Assembly (NCBI GenBank): GCA_037447605.1
Contig: CM074808.1
Span: 2,418,001 to 2,482,000, forward strand
DNA: 64,000 nt
Origin: Zygnema circumcarinatum SAG 698-1b
Lineage: Eukaryota; Plantae; Zygnematophyceae
Direction: 5' to 3'
Every line of letters begins with the position of its first letter. Position 1 is the stretch's first letter. A program made the position numbers and the translations under genes. The notes beneath the pieces were generated by a model that ran no database searches, was not told where the DNA came from, and saw only the letters and a program-made list of their open reading frames with translations. Of this stretch, positions 48,944 through 60,951 are shown one piece after another.

Positions 48944-51900
48944 ATGGCAGAGGCAGCGAGGGACGAGAGGCGGCCGAGAGAGGCGCGGAGAGGAGGCGAG
49001 ATGGCGGTTATGAATGACCTCGGGGTGGAGATACTCACTCGGATTGCACATTTAGGGAACTTCTCGCCGTCTCAGTTGTGTGCGCTTTCAGTCCTCAGCA
49101 CCGAGTGGAGGGAGGCCTGCAATTCGCCGTGTCTGTGGACATCGCTGGAGCTGAATGCGCCGCAGTACTCTGAAGTAGGGTTGAAGCGAATAGCAAGTAG
49201 GTGCGGGAACTTGAAGGAGCTTTACGTGGGTCGAGACCCACGTCATCCTAGGGCGCTATCTTTGTTTTACAGGTAACGAGTCCGCGAGTTTTTTTTGTGA
49301 AAGGCAGGGAATTTTTTTTTGTGATTGCTGTGCACTAAGTGCACTATCGCTCCAGATTGCATGTGGTTGCATGATGCATGCTGTCCAGATAAAACAATAC
49401 TGATTGCACGGTGATTTTACACACCTAATACAAAGTTCATCCACTTGTCGGTTAGGGTAGACCTATTAAGCTATTTTGTGTATTCTTTTAGCCAAGGCCT
49501 GGTCAGGCCAGGCCAGGCCAGGCCAGGCCAGGCCAGGCCAGGCCAGGCCAGGCCAGGCCAGGCCAGGCCAGGCCAGGCCAGGCCAGGCCAGGCCAGGCCA
49601 GGCCAGGCCAGGCCAGGCCAGGCCAGGCCAGGCCAGGCCAGGCCAGGCCAGGCCAGGCCAGGCCAGGCCAGGCCAGGCCAGGCCAGGCCAGGCCAGGCCA
49701 GGCCAGGCCAGGCCAGGCCAGGCCAGGCCAGGCCAGGCCAGGCCAGGCCAGGCCAGGCCAGGCCAGGCCAGGCCAGGCCAGGCCAGGCCAGGCCAGGCCA
49801 GGCCAGGCCAGGCCAGGCCAGGCCAGGCCAGGCCAGGCCAGGCCAGGCCAGGCCAGGCCAGGCCAGGCCAGGCCAGGCCAGGCCAGGCCAGGCCAGGCCA
49901 GGCCAGGCCAGGCCAGGCCAGGCCAGGCCAGGCCAGGCCAGGCCAGGCCAGGCCAGGCCAGGCCAGGCCAGGCCAGGCCAGGCCAGGCCAGGCCAGGCCA
50001 GGCCAGGCCAGGCCAGGCCAGGCCAGGCCAGGCCAGGCCAGGCCAGGCCAGGCCAGGCCAGGCCAGGCCAGGCCAGGCCAGGCCAGGCCAGGCCAGGCCA
50101 GGCCAGGCCAGGCCAGGCCAGGCCAGGCCAGGCCAGGCCAGGCCAGGCCAGGCCAGGCCAGGCCAGGCCAGGCCAGGCCAGGCCAGGCCAGGCCAGGCCA
50201 GGCCAGGCCAGGCCAGGCCAGGCCAGGCCAGGCCAGGCCAGGCCAGGCCAGGCCAGGCCAGGCCAGGCCAGGCCAGGCCAGGCCAGGCCAGGCCAGGCCA
50301 GGCCAGGCCAGGCCAGGCCAGGCCAGGCCAGGCCAGGCCAGGCCAGGCCAGGCCAGGCCAGGCCAGGCCAGGCCAGGCCAGGCCAGGCCAGGCCAGGCCA
50401 GGCCAGGCCAGGCCAGGCCAGGCCAGGCCAGGCCAGGCCAGGCCAGGCCAGGCCAGGCCAGGCCAGGCCAGGCCAGGCCAGGCCAGGCCAGGCCAGGCCA
50501 GGCCAGGCCAGGCCAGGCCAGGCCAGGCCAGGCCAGGCCAGGCCAGGCCAGGCCAGGCCAGGCCAGGCCAGGCCAGGCCAGGCCAGGCCAGGCCAGGCCA
50601 GGCCAGGCCAGGCCAGGCCAGGCCAGGCCAGGCCAGGCCAGGCCAGGCCAGGCCAGGCCAGGCCAGGCCAGGCCAGGCCAGGCCAGGCCAGGCCAGGCCA
50701 GGCCAGGCCAGGCCAGGCCAGGCCAGGCCAGGCCAGGCCAGGCCAGGCCAGGCCAGGCCAGGCCAGGCCAGGCCAGGCCAGGCCAGGCCAGGCCAGGCCA
50801 GGCCAGGCCAGGCCAGGCCAGGCCAGGCCAGGCCAGGCCAGGCCAGGCCAGGCCAGGCCAGGCCAGGCCAGGCCAGGCCAGGCCAGGCCAGGCCAGGCCA
50901 GGCCAGGCCAGGCCAGGCCAGGCCAGGCCAGGCCAGGCCAGGCCAGGCCAGGCCAGGCCAGGCCAGGCCAGGCCAGGCCAGGCCAGGCCAGGCCAGGCCA
51001 GGCCAGGCCAGGCCAGGCCAGGCCAGGCCAGGCCAGGCCAGGCCAGGCCAGGCCAGGCCAGGCCAGGCCAGGCCAGGCCAGGCCAGGCCAGGCCAGGCCA
51101 GGCCAGGCCAGGCCAGGCCAGGCCAGGCCAGGCCAGGCCAGGCCAGGCCAGGCCAGGCCAGGCCAGGCCAGGCCAGGCCAGGCCAGGCCAGGCCAGGCCA
51201 GGCCAGGCCAGGCCAGGCCAGGCCAGGCCAGGCCAGGCCAGGCCAGGCCAGGCCAGGCCAGGCCAGGCCAGGCCAGGCCAGGCCAGGCCAGGCCAGGCCA
51301 GGCCAGGCCAGGCCAGGCCAGGCCAGGCCAGGCCAGGCCAGGCCAGGCCAGGCCAGGCCAGGCCAGGCCAGGCCAGGCCAGGCCAGGCCAGGCCAGGCCA
51401 GGCCAGGCCAGGCCAGGCCAGGCCAGGCCAGGCCAGGCCAGGCCAGGCCAGGCCAGGCCAGGCCAGGCCAGGCCAGGCCAGGCCAGGCCAGGCCAGGCCA
51501 GGCCAGGCCAGGCCAGGCCAGGCCAGGCCAGGCCAGGCCAGGCCAGGCCAGGCCAGGCCAGGCCAGGCCAGGCCAGGCCAGGCCAGGCCAGGCCAGGCCA
51601 GGCCAGGCCAGGCCAGGCCAGGCCAGGCCAGGCCAGGCCAGGCCAGGCCAGGCCAGGCCAGGCCAGGCCATGTGGTTGCATGATGCATGCTGTCCAGATA
51701 AAACAATACTGATTGCACGGTGATTTTACACACCTAATACAAAGTTCATCCACTTGTCGGTTAGGGTAGACCTATTAAGCTATTTTGTGTATTCTTTTAG
51801 CCAAGGCCTGGTCTGATGGGAACAGCGCTGTTTGTCAAGAAATTGCAGTGCAGCGTGGCTGGAGGGACTGGTCTCAATTCTGTCTGCTAGTGGAAGAACT

Positions 51901-53379
51901 CTGAAGAAGTTGGTGGTTTCTACGGGATGCTTTACATACCACAAAGACTACAGGAGTGCTCCTTTTTACACTCAGCTGATGCGGAGAGTTGCACGTTATT
52001 CCAGGTCCGCTCTCGTGACTCATTCCTGGCATAGCAATTCAGGTTTAAACGGTCCATCTACCTTTTGCCACGGTGTTTTGCTGGCATCCACTTTTATGCC
52101 AGACCAGTCATATGCGGATTTTTTTTGCATGCAGCACTTTTATTGCTGAGTCCTATTTCGTGGTTTTTATGGTTGATTTATGGGGCTTGTCGTGTTGTTC
52201 TCGCTCAGGATACAGTTTAGATGTCGTTTGCATGTGATCAGGCTACTTGTTGCTAGCTGAAAGATAAAGCTCATGTTCGGGTTCCAGTAGCTTTTAAATC
52301 CCAGGTCCCTGACCAATGACGAGTTTCACTGAACCGCAGGCGCCTGGAAGTTTGTGAGATCTATTATAATGCTGGAAGATGTGGAATGCGGAAGGACTTA
52401 AACCGCTGGATGCCCCAGTTTGTAGCAGGCACTGGGCACATGAAGTCATTTACTTTCTGGGCACCATCAGGAGATTGCGGAGGTTTAGATAACAAGTTGC
52501 TCGGCTCCATGGTCAAGGGCTGGCCGGATTTGATGCATCTGGAAGTTGCCGGTGATGACATCACACTGGAAGGTGAAATTCTACTCTCATCATCCTTTTG
52601 TTGCCTGTCTGACTGCTTGGGGCATCTAGTTTACAACTGCATCAATGATGCAAACCAGCAGCGACCTTCCGCCTTCTTTTGTCGGACCTGTTTTGAATAT
52701 TTCAAAGTCTTCCTGCGCTTGGTCATCCATCATTTCCCGTACTCTGGATGAGACAAGCTGTAGTTGTTTGTTGTTACCGTAACTTACTGTGTCAGTGTGC
52801 TGTCCAAGGTATTGATATCTCATGCTAGTATGTGTTTTCTCTATCAATTGGTTAGCTGGTTTTGCCGGCAGGAAAATTTGGTTGCCTTGAGTTAGGATCT
52901 AAGCCACCAGCGTAATTTAACTGACAGGTTCTTATCATCCTTTTTCAGGAGTGAGGCTGTTGCAAACGAGTCAGAAGCTTAGGAGCCTCAAGTTGCAATA
53001 CGTTATTTTGGGTCCCAGCAAGCGTGCGGCTGAACTCAAGCGAGCTGAAGACATTGATATTTTGTTTCCTCGAGATCCACTTCATCAATCAACTTTGGAG
53101 CATCTAGAACTTACGTGGACGTACTGTGATGCCCTTGACTTACAAGTCATCTTACACCTTTTCCCCTCGCTACGTAGAATACTCATTTGCGAAGGTCCTG
53201 AACCTGAGGCCTCAGACTCAGAAGAGGAGAGCCCTGCCGGCTTAGGGGGAACCTGGTCAGCGGCGTGGTTAAGCATGCAACAACAGCGTATCGCTGAACT
53301 CAAAGCTGTATGCTGCCAGGACGCAGACCTGGGCAAGATAGTCCGATTTGCCCCTTCGTGGGGTGGAAGCTCGTGGTGA
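48944..53379 (+). CDS. F-box/LRR-like protein, at least 4 exons; exact C-terminus uncertain
   Basis: Exon 1 (48944-49272) has an F-box-like MNDLGVEILTRIAHL..LCALSVLSTEWREACNSPCLW plus IASRCGNLKELYV. Exons 51849-52004, 52340-52571 and 52949-~53379 have LRR-like segments (LKKLVV, WPDLMHLEV, LRSLKLQY, LEHLELTW, FPSLRRILI). Confidence 0.75.
49360..49504 (+). repeat. 145-bp direct duplication, left copy (right copy at 51669-51813)
   Basis: catgtggttgcatgatgcatgctgtccag...ttcttttagccaaggcctggtc is repeated identically 2309 bp downstream. Confidence 0.97.
49505..51669 (+). repeat. Perfect pentanucleotide array (AGGCC)433 in F-box intron 1
   Basis: 2165 bp, with no variant unit seen on reading. Confidence 0.97.
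51669..51813 (+). repeat. 145-bp direct duplication, right copy
   Basis: Identical to 49360-49504. The first 2 nt (CA) overlap the end of the array. Confidence 0.97.
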
Positions 53380-55838
53380 GCCGCTTTGTGCAGACGAGTT
53401 TGTTTTTCAGGTTGTACTCCAGTCCTAGGCTATGATGACCTTCCTTTGAGTCATGTTGGTCACCACATGGAGGCACTTCGGCTTTTCCTTGCAATTCACA
53501 GGAATGGAGGCATCTGGCTATGTAGGAAGGCGTTTTTGAGCGGATTTTAAGTTTTACTTGACGGCATACAGTATTCAGATGGCCCATAGTTTTCCTTGTG
53601 GAAGTGGCATGCGCCGAGTTGCATAGAGCCAAAGAAAAATTTGCAGTTCTACGTCTTCCCTGCTTCATTGTGGAAGGCAATGAGGAGCTTCGTTCCATGT
53701 TTCGTGGACTCGCTAAACGTGGCTGAGATTGGCACCTTCTAAATATTGTTGTGGTGCTGCTGCCAGCAGGTTCAAGGAAAGCCATGACGGCAGCAGTGGG
53801 AACACATCCGGACTCTCCTCCAGCTTAGCCTTCACTCCAGGGTAGGTCAACCACCTGCATTCCTGCTGCGCTTTTCAGCCGCCTGTCTTTTCAGTGCACA
53901 TCAGAAACCTATTCCCTGCCGCGAGATCTGCAATCTCACTCATTAAGCTGGAGTGAGAGGCCTAATCCCGGGCAAACGCCGATTGATTTATGGAGTGTTT
54001 TAACCTTCACAGCATATTGCCTTGATTGCGGTCCATGCAGGAATTGAGCCGAGTAATCTGCAGGCCCGGGTGCAAGTACGCGGTGGAAGTGGAACTCAGA
54101 GCGGGTACTTTCCGGCACATCTGCGGCACGATGGTGGCCACTTTTTTGTCCTGTCTTTCAGGCTGTTGCATCAGAATCACCTGATTTGGCGATCATCCGA
54201 GAGAGTATCTGTAAATATTCGCGAGAGATGAAGGTTTTGTGTACCCGACTTGATAGAGCATAGCAAAGGAAAAAATCGATGGCAATCATATGTTTTCAGC
54301 TACTGCTCTGTAAAGTCTTTCACCCGCTAGCCGTTACATGTTACTTGGAAGACGATTGGCTGTGATCAAAGCGGTGGTTTGACAATTCAATGAAAAAGAA
54401 GAGATCACAACTCAATGAATCACCATACGAGAACAGCCTTCAAAAGAAACTTGACAATGATTATCCCTGTCCCCCTTTTTTGTTTTAAATTTCCATGTCT
54501 TGCATACAACCTTCACAGAAATTGATGAGATTGCCGCTTGGACATATGCAAGTAGCGACACTATGGGTTCCCTTGTTGTCAGTGAACCGTTTCATTCTCA
54601 AGCTGATGTGGATTGTCGTCGTCGTCGGGGCGAAGAGATGACAAACGGAACCATCGCTTCCATCCAGCTGAGGGCTGTTGTGTCTGGCAGCGGCTCCATC
54701 TGCATCCACCAACTCCCAGAAACTTGCTTGCGCCTTTGCCCAGAAGGGAATCCAACTACAAATCTCCGCTGACGAAGTCCGGCGAGACCTCCGCAAGAGT
54801 CTGAAGGAAGCTCTGTGGGACCGACTGAAGGGAGTCTGTCATCACATTGAACCACGCTTTGGCATCCGTGAACTCGTTTTGCACTTCATCTTTGTCCTTG
54901 ACACTTCGAGAACAAAGCCGAAGGCATGGAAGGTGTAGCATATTTCTGCGGCGATCGTAAATTCTACACCTTGAGAGCATTGCCAAAACGTCTACTTTTT
55001 TGGTAACATGGTCTACAGTAAAAATCATCAGCCTTCTAATTGACTTGAAGCTCTGCCTGACGAGCTTACGAGTGAGCTCAGTCGGTACTGTTCCTCGATA
55101 CGATTCACACTGCACATCTGTCTCCGATTACATGCCTGGCAAAGCACAACAAAGCAGCCGCATAAAATAATATCAACTACCTGCCCAAAGAAACGCCGGC
55201 AGACAAATACAAGATTACAATGGATGGCCCCTTTCGTAAACCTAACTCTGCGTTTCGATGTCCTCGAATGAAATGGACCTTTCAGTTGATAATCATGTAA
55301 CAGCCAACACTACTGGGGTTTGGGATTGCGAGGGCTAAGACTATGCCCCACTAGATTGTAGATGTGGCATTTGAGAACTTCAAACCTAATGTCCACCAGC
55401 CGCCGCGAAAGTAAATACCACTCGTCAGCCTGCCCCTAACTAAGATTCAAAGCTATCATTGTGGGTGAAAGAACACTAGTCAAATCTGACGATCATTAAC
55501 TTCAAGTGTAATGTGGAAAAGCCACTGGAAGTGTCAGGACTGCTCAAGACCACATACAACAGTCGACTACTTATACTTCTTCATGGACAAGTAGGTTAGT
55601 TAGGTTGACCAATTACTTAGTTTCCACTTGGTTAGTAAGTCTGACCTCCTCCCTTTCCCCCTCCTCCCCCCCCCCCCCCTCTAATTACCGGAAGCTCACG
55701 GTAACAGGTACTGTACAGACAATCACATCCATCACCCTGAGTTTGTTTCTCAGCAGCGGTTTATGTCGATGTTTATGTGCTCACCTGGACCGAAATCGAG
55801 CTGCTAGAGCCCATAGAGCAAGTCCACGTAAAACGTGA

Positions 55839-57550
55839 TCAAAGGCCTTCCAGTGCATCCTCATGCCTTTCTACGCCAACGACTGCAAGAACCTGCAACA
55901 GAAGGACCCCATCTCTCAAACGATGAAGGACGTATGCTGCTCGTGCGCATTAGTAACCAATGCCTGTTTCACCAGTCTTCACAACAGCTCAACTCAATGG
56001 GGAATGTGCATGCCAAATGCTGCAAACCAACCACCAACAAACCAACACAATACGAAACGCTGGGGCTAATCGAGTTGCCTGAGAGTCCCGGTACAAGGGA
56101 GGTCAAAGGGGTGATAAGGTACGTATAAAGGAGAGGCAAAGAATCGCACCTTCTCCGCAAATGCGTGAAACATGGGACTTTCCAAAGCCTTAGCAAGTTC
56201 CTGAATCCAAAAACGTGACTGTCAGCCTTAGGAGAATCAGCTGGAGAAGAGCGAGAAAGGAGAGAAGGGAGATCAGAGCGAATGAGCGAAAAAAAGTGAG
56301 AGTTGCAACAGATGAAGTCTGACCTCCTCTGCGTCAGCTGCAGAGTCGATTCTGCGAATAGTGGCCTGCAGGTTGTGGTCCCGCAAATTCAGCTGCACTT
56401 CATCACAGGCAGCTGCAGGTAAAAGAGTTGCCAGCCATGCAGAACGGATCATTAAGAACGGTGCGAAAGGCAGCCTGAACAGATTCAAGAGGTCGTGCAC
56501 AGCAAATACTTGTATAATGGAAGGAAGGAAAGAATGGAAGGAATGGAACGGAAGGACAATCTGACCAGGATCTCAATTCAAACTCAGAAAGTGCCTATTG
56601 AGGGGGTGATTCACATTTCATGGCTACCCAGTGGCAGCCCCCTGCAAGGCTCACCTAAAGCTTGCAGCTGATGCCGCCGCAATCGCCAGCTTGAATCATC
56701 CAACTCGTCATGTTCAAAGGACCGCACAGGTTGCTCATGTACAGCTGCATAGAATGAGATAAGTCTTCAAAGGAGAGACCATATTAACAAACTGAGGAAT
56801 AGCGTACATTGAATTGGTCCTACACATGCCACTCTCACAGCTGCATAGAAGACGTTGGCACTCAATAAGCACTTTTTACCTGCAGAACCATCGTCCAAAG
56901 GGGAAGTTCCACCAGCCGACAGGGGCTCCAACTTAAGGCATGGAGTTTCTGCGACATAAACCAGAAACAAACAAAATCAAAAAAGTTTTCAAGAGTGTAT
57001 ACAAGCAATCTGGGTTGCAGCTTCCCATCTCTCCACCGCCCTTGCTTCCATAACTGTCCTTCCCATTAGAATACGTAAAAAACTCAGCAGGCCACATGTG
57101 GCAGAGCTGCTAAAGGCACGAATGTGTCTGTACAGTAAAATTTAAAAGCCTTTCCAGATTCTGCTCTCAGCACTGCAACTTCCCATCCTCCCTATGCGAT
57201 GCATCCCTCTTCATGCCATCAAAAGCATGTTTACGAACACTCACCTTTGTGGCGGCGATAGCAACAAACCGAGCAGCTGCGAGACCAGAGCGTGCCATGT
57301 CAGTCACTTTGCTGCCACGTACTCCGCATTTGATGACGTGGAAACACCAAGCATCTATCATCATGGTCTTTTCCCTTCCATGTCTGTTCAAAGGCTACAC
57401 CGTAAACAACTAATATCATTGGAAAAACCTGGAAATGGGTCGCATGACAGCAACAGTGGCATGCTCTTACTATGGGATGGTGCAATTTGGACATCTGTAC
57501 TTGGCTGCCGTTTGGTCGCACACCTGGCACTGCCCCATGATGGGCGCCAT
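55839..57550 (-). CDS. ZNHIT3: HIT-type zinc-finger protein (ZNHIT3/Hit1/TRIP3-like box C/D snoRNP assembly factor), 7 coding exons
   Basis: Spliced zf-HIT: MAPIMGQCQVCDQTAAKYRCPNCTIPY|CSVCCYRRHK (exons 57550-57471 and 57276-57245). C-terminal domain: ..LRDHNLQATIRRIDSAADAEE|ELAKALESPMFHAFAEK|VLAVVG.. (last exon 55892-55839). Confidence 0.88.
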
Positions 57551-58946
57551 AGCTGAGCTCTACCGACAAGACAAAGCCACAGACTGTCGAAATACAAACA
57601 CAATGGGAAAAAAGCAAGCCGTAAGACAGAGACCAAGACACGGCTCAAATGGACGAATTGGAAAGATGGGACCATGTAACGAGAAAGGAGATAGTAGATA
57701 AAAATCCTCTAATACACAGAGTTCAATGGTAAAGCATCTACATTGGAGTAAGTACTATCAGAAGTGATTTTTTGAGATGCATGAGATTGATCAGATGTAC
57801 TTACTCCAACTAGTTGAGTGAAAGCATCAGGCGATGCAGCCGTGCGGCACTGCAATACACTCGAAGAAGGTAGGAGTGTTTTAAGGACAAATCATAAAGA
57901 AAATCAATTATAGTGAGAGGTGTGCAGAAAAAGAAAGAGAAAGGAGGGAAACAGAAGGTGGGGAGGAATCTAGACGATTAAGCGATGGTGGGTGAGAAAG
58001 GAGCGAGTGACGCAAGAAGGGAGACAAATAGCAAAGGGAGAAGAGAGGGACAAGACGAGGCGGAGTCGAAGTATGAAGGAAGCGATTCGACTAAAGGACT
58101 TACTGGGCAAGGTGCGAGAGACAAGAGAAAAGGGAAAGCAAAGCAGAAATAGCGGAGACTTTTCGTGGGAGAAAGGAGCGCAAGTCACAATTTGCAAACT
58201 CTGCAGTGAGGGACATTGTTGCTGTGCCTGCGGTCCGAACAGCAATCTGAGTGCTGCTGCCACAGACTCAGACGACAGATATGGCAGGCATTGCACCCGG
58301 TGACCTTCCACTTTGAGAACATTGAGACTCGCTGTACCTGATAAAAGAGGAATTTGGGAAGAGGAAGAACGCCGGCAGAAAAGTACGCATGTCCCTTGTA
58401 GGTACTGCCTTGTCAAAGATTGAGCAACATCTGGAAAAAAAATGGCAAGAATTACTTTGTAGTAGACTCATGAGTTTGTTTCAGAAGGGACAAAAAATCG
58501 TCCTCTCCCTCTCAAACTTATTCAAATTCAGTTCAATTCGAAGGTTCCCTGTAAGTTTACTCTTTCCGACCATCATTCTCGTCCTTTATCGCTCAATTCA
58601 AGACTGATTCGCTTTCCCCATTTCCCTTCATTTGACCCTTCAGCTGCAATATGCCATGCCATTCCCATCCCATGTGCGGGTGGTGCTTCTTCATGCCCCG
58701 GCCCTCTCCCAGCTCCCCCACCTGTAGGCCGCCCGCCATGGCCGGTCAGTGAAGCAGCCGAGCCCCGCGGCTTGCTTGCGCCGTCACTACGGTAACGGAC
58801 GTGACATATTCGTACGACCGTGTAGCGCCGAAACCGTACGAATACAACGGCACTCCACGTCACGTGGTTTTCGTCGCAACTTAAACTTTAATTTATTACA
58901 AATCTGGTCCTTTTCGAAACGAAAAGGCTACAGTTGCGGCCGTCCG

Positions 58947-59046
58947 TAGGTCCTTTGCGAGCGGTTGGGTCCTCGTGGTTCCGATGTTGTTGTTGTTGTT
59001 GGCCATGTGCGTTGGATGGCGTCCCATCGTGAGGGAGATCCATGCC
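58947..59046 (-). repeat. Dispersed repeat, copy D (inverted, more diverged)
   Basis: The plus strand reads taggtcctttgcg..ctcgtggttcc..catgt..gatggc..ccatcgtgag, the reverse complement of the conserved blocks of copies A and B in the same order. Confidence 0.7.
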
Positions 59047-60208
59047 GAATGCATCGCTTCTTCTGCTATAGATTATAACGGGCTCTGAAGTAGATAGTGT
59101 GACCAGTCGCTACAGAGGCTTATCCAATGAGATTTGGCGAACACGACCTGCAAAGTTCATGCTGCAGACGTGCGCTCTAGAGGAGGGGTCGAGAACACTG
59201 TGTTCTCACGGCTCACGAGAAAACGCTCAGATTGCAATGAGGGAAGCTCCAAGAAACTCATTCCATTCATCTTGAGAGGTGCATACTTTCCCCCTTTTTT
59301 TGTTAGTATGTCAACTACACGTTGCTGGTGCGTGTCGCGCACATCATTGAGATTGCGGCTCGCATCAAATGACGAGAAACGTAGAAGTTGTGCGGCCTTT
59401 CCTGCGCCCTTCAAGAAGACCTTTCCTCTACCTGAACGTCAAGAGGAAAACTCATCACAAAAAAAAAAAATGCCCACGCTCACCCGCCGGAGACAACCGC
59501 TTCTCGAGCTTCGCTGGCCAAAATGTATTTTCAAGCTTGAAGCATTCTGGTATTTCTTCGCGGGAGCCTCTGCAGGAAGACCACAAGGAGCAGTTGCCGC
59601 AGAATTTCGGAAGGAAGAATTGTAGTAGCTGCTGGCCTTGCGAGCATTTCAATGTATGGAGTGAAAAACTTTCACAACATTCTTCTGTTGGTTACGGCTT
59701 GCTCGCGTGCTTTTTCTTTTTCTTTTGCTTCTGTGAGCAGCGCTGCATTAGATTACATTCGACATTACTTCAGCTTAAAACTTTGTAGGGTTTTTAGCGT
59801 GGCGGATCCAGCGACGAGGGAGATTAGTGGCAGTGGGAATGAGAGTGCAATGTAGCGCACAAGCAGGCCAGGTTTTCGGAGGGATGCTTTGCGCCCTGCC
59901 TCAAGGACCGCGCGTTCCAATGGCGACTTTCAACAGGACACATCGCGAGTCTGCTGAGTTTGCGTATTGAAGCAAATGTTTGGCTCGGTTCCATGCTGGT
60001 CGCGGTAATCAAATCAGTGAGTAGGCGCTTATTCAAGCGAGGTCCCATGTCCTGCATCGTCGTGTCAAGTTTGTAAGCCCTAAAAACCATCGAGTCCGGT
60101 ACTATGTCATATGCATGCGTATGTAAGCATGTATGTATGTGCACGTGCGCATGTATGTATGCATGCATGCATCGTCAACAATCCCAAACGGGCGATTCGC
60201 CCAGTGTC

Positions 60209-60951
60209 AGTCAATGATTGCAACCATTGGTGGGTGAGTTGCGAATCAATGGTCCAATGGTTGCAGTCATTTGCAATAGCTGGCTGTGTTGCCAACCAAT
60301 AGTTGCAACCATTGGCATGGGCAATGGTTGGGTGGGTCCCGACTCCCGATTCAACGGTGCGCAACCTTTGAATGCAATAGTTGGCAACCCAACCACATTT
60401 ACTCTCTGGGCGAGCTACCCAGAGAGGAAAGGTGTGGCCCAAAACGGATGGTCGTCCGCCTACCGCCTATTTTATTGTGGATAGGACTGTACGAACGAGC
60501 AGGTGGCGCCACCACCGTATGGGTAATGTTTGCGTACGTGCGCGTGACGTGATGATCCGACGGGGGGGTGCACCTGGTAGTAATCGCGGCTAGTGAGGGC
60601 CAGAATTTCAGCTGCCCGGCCGACGCTCGCCCAATCGCGGACGTTTCCTTCGCCGACACGGCAGCCGAAAACATTTCGGGCCATGGGTTGGATCAACCAT
60701 TGGAATAGTTGCGATTTGCAAACCATTGATTCCCGATCCAACCAACCATTGGATCCAATGGTTGCAGTCATTAGCAATGGTTGGCTATGTAGCCAGCCAA
60801 TGGTTGCAAACATTGGCAATGGTTAGGTGGGTCGGAAATCAATGGTCCAATGGGTGCAGTCATTGGCAATGGTTGGCTAGGTAGCCAGCCAATGATTGCA
60901 AACATTGGCAATGGTTGGCTGGGTAGCGAGTCAATGGTTGCAACCATTGGC
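60209..60951. repeat. Cluster of palindromic CAATGGTTG/CAACCATTG motifs arranged in ~92-bp units, in two blocks around a unique core
   Basis: Unit ccaatggttgcagtcatt-gcaatggttggct..gccagccaatg-ttgcaaacattggcaatggtt at about 60255, 60755 and 60847. Near-perfect palindrome caatg(g/a)ttgcaaccattg at both outer ends. Confidence 0.8.

Noticed and set aside
48331-51670. Tandem arrays as a possible CRISPR
   Set aside because: They have no unique spacers, there are no cas genes, and the context is eukaryotic.
49445-51753. 720-760 aa ORFs of (PGQAR)n / (WPGLA)n
   Set aside because: They are translations of the stop-free AGGCC array inside an intron, not genes.
49491-51800. ttcttttag within the duplicated X segment as the F-box exon 2 acceptor
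   Set aside because: All frames from 51801 hit stops, including TGA at 51814 in the required phase. The acceptor aattgcag at 51848 keeps the frame.
53420-55800. Scattered splice-like sites and short ORFs on both strands between the F-box gene and ZNHIT3
   Set aside because: I could not build a phase-consistent exon chain or recognise a family. It may be 3' UTRs or a degraded gene, and needs RNA-seq.
57290-57366. C-box-like ATGATGA ... CTGA on the minus strand in ZNHIT3 intron 1 (possible intronic C/D snoRNA)
   Set aside because: There is no terminal stem, the CTGA coincides with the expected branch site (CTGAC) ~22 nt before the acceptor, and I recognise no rRNA/snRNA complementarity. snoScan plus small-RNA data would settle it.
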